DNA from: a phage
Sequence record: PZ256263.1
Direction: 5' to 3' (one strand)
DNA: 64,000 nt
Part shown: in pieces, positions 58,116-64,000 of the stretch
Position numbering within the stretch: the stretch's first letter is position 1
Layout of the letters: each line of letters starts with the position of its first letter
The notes under the pieces: model-generated
What the model saw: only the letters and a program-made list of their open reading frames with translations
Told to the model about the DNA's origin: nothing
The model's database searches: none
Translations under genes and position numbers: made by a program

Positions 58116-61100
58116 TTATCTCCGCCCGCCAACAGCAAACTCTATCGTTAAACCATTGATAGCAGCATTACTGTTAACATCATTATCTATAACATTATAG
58201 AAAAGGTATGGATGGTTCAGTCTCACCGAGACATGCCTGTCAACACCGATCGTATATGTTTTAGATGTGTGTGGGTGTCCATATTCATTTGAGAATTGAC
58301 TACCACCAGCTTCAAATATGTAAGTACCTGAACCAGTTGTCTGAGGTCGGAACCTGTTAATATGCTTCTGATTCCACTCATTCGTCACATTATCAAAATC
58401 TATACCAGTCCTCTCCAACCTCATTTCCAGAGGTTTCTCTATAACAACATCGTTTAGCCTGTCATAGAAATAATCAAGAGCGCCTACATCCACCTGATAG
58501 AATCCCTTCAAGAATGAACCTACTATCGTAACCCTCTGTCTAAAGTTTGTTGCATCCTTTCTCCAAACGAGTTCTTTAATAGATGGGTCATCCCAAGTGA
58601 TTTCTTGGAAGTCAGACCAGATTGGACCTCTTTCTAAAACAGGAGGATCAACCAGACCAATACACTGAGCATATGGGATAGTACGGAAAGACCAAGTATC
58701 AAACTCATAATTCCATACAGCAGCTTTAGTACAAGCGAAGCTTTCTTTTGGCTCCCCCGGACCTACATACAGAACCCAAACTTCTTTCTTATCCTGATGC
58801 AAGTGTACTCGAGTTGCTAGAGGGTTAACCAGACACACCTCGTTAATCAGCATGTTTTTGACACGGTTAGATGCAATTGACTTCTTGGTTGCACCATTAT
58901 GTAAGATCACATCGTTCTGAGTAACTACGAAGTGACTACCTTCTACTTCAACCACACACTCAGGAGCAAGGATACCAGAGTCGTTAAAGAGTTTCTTGAA
59001 CATTAGAGGTTGGTACGTGTTATTAGTCGGAGAACCAATATACGTTTCAAACTCTGTATAAACAAACAAGTAGTCTTTAAGAGGTAGGATATCAATCAAG
59101 CTACCATTAGAATCTGCTAAGTCGATGTAACCAGCATACCCATTCTCTAGAGCCTGAGTCTGCCCTACGATGTTAGAAGCTAAGTCCGAAGACACAACTC
59201 GATCATAGGCAAAGTCATCCCACAGTGTAGGAGCCTTGTTCTCGTTGGCAAAGTTAGACCAACGAAGACGAAGAGGGTAGTTAGTGGTAACACCAGAAGC
59301 ATTAGCCTCTCTCATATTCAGAGCAAAAAGACGGTTGTTAAAAGATCTTACTCTCTCACATTTCCAGTTAAACTTCTTGACTGAAGGGTTTCCATCATTA
59401 TCAACAACTGTTTGCTCACCCCACCCCGGAAGGTCTACAAAGTATTCTGATTCGAATTCTTTTACCTGAGGAGTTTCATAGTGAGTTGTAGCAACTGCAC
59501 AGTTAGAGATAACAGCGTGATACCAAGGGTAGTCATCAAAAGCATCGTAATCCTTCTGAGTCATCTGACTGACAGTACATGTTACGTTAATCTCTCCTTT
59601 ACGAAGAGCAACCAGTTTGATAGATTTACCAGTAACTGAGGTTGTAGAAACATAACCAGTTTTATCAACAGACCACTGATAAGAGTACTCACCTTCTGGA
59701 GAAGCTGTGGCTGTAATGACAATCTCTTCACCAACATCAAGAGAAGCGCTGACAATATCTAAGGTTACAGATGACAGAGGGGTTGCCAGTAAAGAAGCTC
59801 TTGCAAAACCTTCAATGTCATTCACGTTAGAGTAATCGTAGAAGTTATTACCTTCGTACATCCCTGACGTATCAATACCAGATGTAGGCTCAGCAAAATA
59901 AACCGTCTCTTCACTTTCAGGAGGAGTTACTACTTCTTCCTCTTGAGTTTCTACTGACTCTGACACAGGAGCGGCAAATGCCATAGCACTTGTTCTCATT
60001 GTCCTTCCAGCTAAATCCACACGTACAGTACAGACAGCAACTCTGCTACCTTCTTCAGTGGTAGCTGTAATCTCAGTAAAACCAGCAAGTAGAGCGTTGA
60101 TCGTCCCTTGTGTGCCAGTCCCTGATACTGTTGCAATATTTGGATTAGAAGAGGTCCAAGTAATATTTTGATTAGGGGCGTTAGCAGGAGAAAGGGTAGC
60201 AGTTAAGATATACTGAGAACCTCTACTCACAGTAACATCTGACTGGCTTAAAGAAATGCTATCAATCTGAGGGATAGAAACAACCTCACAAGAAGCAGTC
60301 TTAGTTCCGTTATCAGCAGTGATTGTTACGTTACCTTCTCCATTCGCTGTAATGACGGCAGTTAAAGAGTTGGCATTAGGGGTTACGGATACGATAGAAG
60401 CGTTATTGCTGGACCAAGTTACAGGAGTTTTGCCAGTAACAGCCGTGAGAGTAGTAGTCCCTCCTTTACGAATTGTAACAGTGTCTTGACTCAAGAAGAT
60501 GCCTGAATCACCATCAATGATATTAACAGCAATCTGAGCCACTACGGATTCATTGGCAGTAGAGATAGTTACTACAAGATTACCCTCTTTCTCAAAAGAT
60601 GTTAGAGTAGCAAGTTTAGAGTCACTAGGGTCTACCGTAACACTTCCATAGGCCGAGTTACTAACCTCCCAAATAAGATCAGTATTGTTAGCATCAGCAG
60701 GGAGAAGAGAAACCTCTAGATTCTTGGTCTGATTGAAGTTCATTGAGATAGTTGATTCTTTAGGAACGATCTGAGAAACAACTGGATAAATCTTAATTGA
60801 GGCAGAAGCCTTCTTAGTGACTGTAGCAACCTTACGGCTAATATCAGTCAAGCTTTCATCTGTCAGTTTATATAACTTCTTATCCGTACCTACAACAAGA
60901 AAGCTATTACCTGCGCTATAATAATCGAAAGGCATAGAAACGAAAGACAGAGGGGTTAAATCCTTATCTTCATCTACATAAGAAAGAGGGGCATTGCCCC
61001 CCGTCTTAAATACTCTCTGCTCAACAAATCGAGCATTTATAGCATTAGTGAAAGCATTAGGAGCTAAGTCTGTCGGAGCCTGATCAGCGATAACGCCTAC

Positions 61101-61133
61101 AGCACCTAGTGACTTTATTGGATACAGCGCCAT
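58116..61133 (-). CDS. Large tail protein with bacterial Ig-like (Big_2-type) repeats (1005 aa)
   Basis: Tandem about 80-aa repeats with TxxxVxV...AT/S patterns typical of Ig-like group 2 domains; position in late cluster. Confidence 0.55.
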   Translation of the reverse strand: MALYPIKSLGAVGVIADQAPTDLAPNAFTNAINARFVEQRVFKTGGNAPLSYVDEDKDLTPLSFVSMPFDYYSAGNSFLVVGTDKKLYKLTDESLTDISRKVATVTKKASASIKIYPVVSQIVPKESTISMNFNQTKNLEVSLLPADANNTDLIWEVSNSAYGSVTVDPSDSKLATLTSFEKEGNLVVTISTANESVVAQIAVNIIDGDSGIFLSQDTVTIRKGGTTTLTAVTGKTPVTWSSNNASIVSVTPNANSLTAVITANGEGNVTITADNGTKTASCEVVSIPQIDSISLSQSDVTVSRGSQYILTATLSPANAPNQNITWTSSNPNIATVSGTGTQGTINALLAGFTEITATTEEGSRVAVCTVRVDLAGRTMRTSAMAFAAPVSESVETQEEEVVTPPESEETVYFAEPTSGIDTSGMYEGNNFYDYSNVNDIEGFARASLLATPLSSVTLDIVSASLDVGEEIVITATASPEGEYSYQWSVDKTGYVSTTSVTGKSIKLVALRKGEINVTCTVSQMTQKDYDAFDDYPWYHAVISNCAVATTHYETPQVKEFESEYFVDLPGWGEQTVVDNDGNPSVKKFNWKCERVRSFNNRLFALNMREANASGVTTNYPLRLRWSNFANENKAPTLWDDFAYDRVVSSDLASNIVGQTQALENGYAGYIDLADSNGSLIDILPLKDYLFVYTEFETYIGSPTNNTYQPLMFKKLFNDSGILAPECVVEVEGSHFVVTQNDVILHNGATKKSIASNRVKNMLINEVCLVNPLATRVHLHQDKKEVWVLYVGPGEPKESFACTKAAVWNYEFDTWSFRTIPYAQCIGLVDPPVLERGPIWSDFQEITWDDPSIKELVWRKDATNFRQRVTIVGSFLKGFYQVDVGALDYFYDRLNDVVIEKPLEMRLERTGIDFDNVTNEWNQKHINRFRPQTTGSGTYIFEAGGSQFSNEYGHPHTSKTYTIGVDRHVSVRLNHPYLFYNVIDNDVNSNAAINGLTIEFAVGGRR

Positions 61134-61142
61134 AATTCCTCC

Positions 61143-61946
61143 TTAGCTAATACGTCTCCAAATGTGAGCTGCTCTGAATGGTGGCAAAGTGTTAATAGGT
61201 TGACGAGAGATATCATCACGACCAAGACTTACACTACCAGAGATTGTATGAGTGTGAGTATCATTATCAGTTCTCTGACTATATCCACCACCCGGACTAT
61301 ACCAGTTTGGCGAGCTGTTATGACCACTAGCATCTCCACGACCAAATACCATATTGTGACTGTGAGTATTACTGGATAGAGAGAAGCTGGAGCCATTAAC
61401 TGTCATCAAAGGTACGTTCTCAGTTCGAATAGTATTGAAGACACGACCACCAGTACCACCTGCTTGGAACTCAACTCTTTGAGCGTTAGGAACAGAACCA
61501 TCAGGGTTTACTACACCAGTACCCATGATAACACCAGTCACTTTAGCCCAAGAGCCAAACCCTAAGGAGATTGAATCACCGGGGTTAATGTCTTCTTCAG
61601 TGATGTAATAAGAACCGATTCGATAGAGCTTATTCTCCATCCAGTTCTTCATGAACGCTTCCATCTGGCCTTTAGTAACAACATCCTTGTCACCAGTTCC
61701 CGGAGTAACATTCTTGATCATAAGACCACCAACATCCATTGCATCACCAGTAAACTTGAGCTTCTCTGACATGATCTTAAAGGTGTCAGAATCTATATCA
61801 ACTGGCTCTGTAACATTGGGGAATGTGTTCTGTAACGTTTGTTTAATGAGGCGGATTTGAGCCGCCCCTTCGTAGATGTAATCCCTGTCTCTAGGATAGA
61901 GTGGGTTTAAGTCGGTAATAACTACCGCATTAGTTTCGATAGCCAA
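61143..61946 (-). CDS. Putative tail fiber / receptor-binding protein (267 aa)
   Basis: Gly/Ser/Thr-rich C-terminal region; between the large tail protein and the endolysin. Confidence 0.4.
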   Translation of the reverse strand: MAIETNAVVITDLNPLYPRDRDYIYEGAAQIRLIKQTLQNTFPNVTEPVDIDSDTFKIMSEKLKFTGDAMDVGGLMIKNVTPGTGDKDVVTKGQMEAFMKNWMENKLYRIGSYYITEEDINPGDSISLGFGSWAKVTGVIMGTGVVNPDGSVPNAQRVEFQAGGTGGRVFNTIRTENVPLMTVNGSSFSLSSNTHSHNMVFGRGDASGHNSSPNWYSPGGGYSQRTDNDTHTHTISGSVSLGRDDISRQPINTLPPFRAAHIWRRIS

Positions 61947-61958
61947 AAGGCACCTCCA

Positions 61959-62450
61959 TTAATATTTACCTTCGGTGTAAAGATTAGCTTCTGCAACTCT
62001 TCTATTATGAAGACCCTGACTTCTCTGCTTCTCTCCCTTGACCGTTATTTTATCCCAACGAAGAAATTCGGAATAAACATCCCCCTTAACATCTCCATTG
62101 ATTACCTTCCTTAACTTAGATGTGCTCAAAGCCCCACTGCCAACATTGAAGTTGAAAGAAGTGAGTGCATCAAACTCATGAACTAGTAAAGGAACCTTTA
62201 TGTTCTTCTGAGTAGCACGAACAGAGTCTTGTGTGTCTCTATCTAGCAGAGCTAGACAATCCTCTATAGAATACGTTAATCCTTGTCTAACCGGATAACC
62301 ATTCATATCGCGCGTAGCCCCTACACATATAGTCCAGATACCTGCGGAATCTTTATAAGCCTTTGTTCTCATACCCTCATGCTTCATGATGAATTCCATT
62401 CCAGCTGGGCTTAAGTTTAGTTGTACAGGTGGCAATGCGACGTTATCCAT
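61959..62450 (-). CDS. Endolysin, GH24 (T4-type) lysozyme (163 aa)
   Basis: FIMKHEGMRTKAYKDSAGIWTICVGAT catalytic E-D-T region and GLHNRRVAEANLY motif. Confidence 0.85.
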   Translation of the reverse strand: MDNVALPPVQLNLSPAGMEFIMKHEGMRTKAYKDSAGIWTICVGATRDMNGYPVRQGLTYSIEDCLALLDRDTQDSVRATQKNIKVPLLVHEFDALTSFNFNVGSGALSTSKLRKVINGDVKGDVYSEFLRWDKITVKGEKQRSQGLHNRRVAEANLYTEGKY

Positions 62451-62479
62451 TTCTAACCTCCTTTTGTAGTCCCTTTAAA

Positions 62480-62698
62480 TTAAGGTAGTATCTTTCTCAG
62501 AGCGTTAGATTCAGCATCAGGGCAAATAACAACTAAGTTATTTTGAATTGTTCTCTGCTTGCATTGAGAGCTAAGCTTCTCTACTGGAGCAGGGACAGTT
62601 ACTAATGGATGAACTGCGCCTACAGGAACTGCGGTGGATACCACAACACCTGCGCCTAAACATATTAAACCATATGCAGCTTGTTTCATCATTTTCAT
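62480..62698 (-). CDS. Small membrane/secreted protein next to the endolysin (possible holin or lysis accessory), 72 aa
   Basis: Basic N-terminus, one hydrophobic helix AAYGLICLGAGVVVSTAVPVGAV; GGAG RBS. Confidence 0.35.
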   Translation of the reverse strand: MKMMKQAAYGLICLGAGVVVSTAVPVGAVHPLVTVPAPVEKLSSQCKQRTIQNNLVVICPDAESNALRKILP

Positions 62699-62770
62699 TT
62701 GAGTGTCTCCTATATATTAACCTCTTGGGATATATTAGTTTCATTACTTACTAAGGGTACTCACTACTAA

Positions 62771-62786
62771 AGCCCCCGAAGGGGCT
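62771..62786 (-). terminator. GC-rich hairpin downstream of the tail fiber gene (weak terminator/attenuator)
   Basis: AGCCCC-cgaa-GGGGCT stem; flanking U-tract is weak on both strands. Confidence 0.35.
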
Positions 62787-62790
62787 TATA

Positions 62791-64000
62791 TTACCTCTCT
62801 GCTAGTTTTGCTTCTAGAACTTCAATACGCTTCAGAAGGTCTTGAACAACCTGCATAGTATCAAGGAGCATAGGAGCTGAGTCTAGCTCTTTCTGTTCTT
62901 GCTCTACACCATCATTGTCGTGGAACCTACGAGTCTTAACATAAAGAGGTTCTACCTTTTCTGCTTGCTGTGCAATAATACCACGACGAGTTCTTCCTTG
63001 CTCATCATTGTTATACACAAATGATTTGAAATCCAAACCTTTAATAGCTTTGATAGCTTTCTCAGGGGAAATATCTTGGATATCATGTTTTAATCTTTCA
63101 TCTGACACGGGATTCAGAGCAAGAGTGTATGTTCCAGTAGAGCCGGGTTGCCAAGTATAATATAAAATCTCATTCCTGTTTGGTCGAAGTGTTAGACGGC
63201 AACCGTATTTGTTGTCTTCATCACCTGCAACGTGCCAGCAAGAATCGGCAAAAGTTCCGGCGTCGTTGTGAATCATGCCAACATGAGTGGTGGTCTTGTA
63301 TCCCCCACTAGATGATTGAGAAGCACTTAGTATGGAATTGAAGGAGAAGTTAGACCCTAGCCCTTGGTTGTCCATGGAGAATGTTCCTTTCCTAGCTCCT
63401 GTTTCACTCCAAGACATCAAAGTGCCAAATCTAGAAACATACCTATCAGAATTCAGTGTACCAGAATCGTCGAAAGCTAACTGCTTGGTAACTCCTTTAG
63501 TTTTATTGTAGACGTCAATGATTCCATAGTAAGCTCCGTTGATGTAGGCATCAGTTTTGAGAGTAGTAGAAGCTTCTACTTCTGAACCGATTTTATACTC
63601 AGAGACAACTGACCCACTAGAAACTTTCGTTCCATTGGAAGGTCGTGTGGTGTCACTATTAATAACAGACCAAGAAGTATTAGCAGCAACAAATCCACCA
63701 TGAGCACGAATAGTCCAAACCCCCACAAAGTTTCTCGGTATAATGTTGTCAGAGATACTATAACGACCATAAACTGGGTTGGACCGGCTTGCGTCGAAGA
63801 CTAGAGTATTATTACGTCCATCAACTGCACCGGACCCCGGAGGTATAGTGTCCCCTCCACCAGCCGGATACAAACTGTTATCCGTATAGAATGAATCTTG
63901 CACAGACGTCCCGAATATCCCTGCATAAGTCCCGGCTGATACACCAGCGACCTTACCTTTGATATTGGGTGCAGCAGAATCATAGATAACACCATTGTTA
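62791..64000 (-). CDS. Tail fiber protein with C-terminal intramolecular chaperone (peptidase S74-like) domain; 5' end beyond the window
   Basis: C-terminal SDERLKHDIQDI ... GIIAQQAEKVEP ... LLKRIEVLEAKL matches the auto-cleaving chaperone domain of phage fibers/endosialidases. Frame stays open to position 64000; the track's M at 63903 is an internal GTG. Confidence 0.8.
   Translation of the reverse strand, partial: NNGVIYDSAAPNIKGKVAGVSAGTYAGIFGTSVQDSFYTDNSLYPAGGGDTIPPGSGAVDGRNNTLVFDASRSNPVYGRYSISDNIIPRNFVGVWTIRAHGGFVAANTSWSVINSDTTRPSNGTKVSSGSVVSEYKIGSEVEASTTLKTDAYINGAYYGIIDVYNKTKGVTKQLAFDDSGTLNSDRYVSRFGTLMSWSETGARKGTFSMDNQGLGSNFSFNSILSASQSSSGGYKTTTHVGMIHNDAGTFADSCWHVAGDEDNKYGCRLTLRPNRNEILYYTWQPGSTGTYTLALNPVSDERLKHDIQDISPEKAIKAIKGLDFKSFVYNNDEQGRTRRGIIAQQAEKVEPLYVKTRRFHDNDGVEQEQKELDSAPMLLDTMQVVQDLLKRIEVLEAKLAER

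Noticed and set aside
62480-62698. 72-aa ORF upstream of the endolysin as an o-spanin lipoprotein
   Set aside because: No proper lipobox before the Cys; one long hydrophobic helix fits a signal-anchor or holin-like protein better. Kept as a low-confidence lysis-associated gene.

Overview
The window reads as about 64 kb of a virulent tailed-phage genome; no integrase or repressor was seen. A long plus-strand early/middle block (1-47 kb) converges on a minus-strand late structural/lysis block (47-64 kb) at a bidirectional terminator (47026-47063). Everything here is from reading the sequence and the ORF track by eye; no searches, folding or statistics were run. Start-codon choices were adjusted where an RBS or overlap argued for it. 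The early block holds host sigma70-like promoters, a ~1.9 kb ORF-free promoter/repeat region, one tRNA-Arg(UCU), and tandem arrays of small paralogous genes. The middle block holds a T7 gp4-like primase-helicase, a DNA polymerase split into separate exonuclease and polymerase genes ~9 kb apart, an SSB-like protein, a FEN-type 5'-3' exonuclease, nucleotide-metabolism genes (dCTP deaminase, ThyX, thioredoxin, PhoH-like ATPase, dNMP-kinase-like), two HNH endonucleases, a Dps-like protein, a TARG1/DarG-like macrodomain and an ECF-like sigma factor. A recurring TAATGTATA-like motif sits 37-60 nt upstream of several start codons and may be the promoter for that sigma factor; this, and the resemblance to phiEco32-like phages, rest on my recollection. 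The most interesting candidate is a contiguous module at 15.5-25.1 kb: two GS-like amidoligases, a class-II (Ntn) glutamine amidotransferase whose catalytic Cys codon follows an ATT rather than ATG, an ATP-grasp ligase, a GGCT-like enzyme and several unknowns. I read it as a peptide- or gamma-glutamyl-type modification system of unknown target. The late block encodes a large virion protein, Q/N/G-rich proteins, a lytic transglycosylase, tail proteins with Ig-like domains, a GH24 endolysin and a tail fiber with a C-terminal intramolecular-chaperone domain that runs off the window edge.
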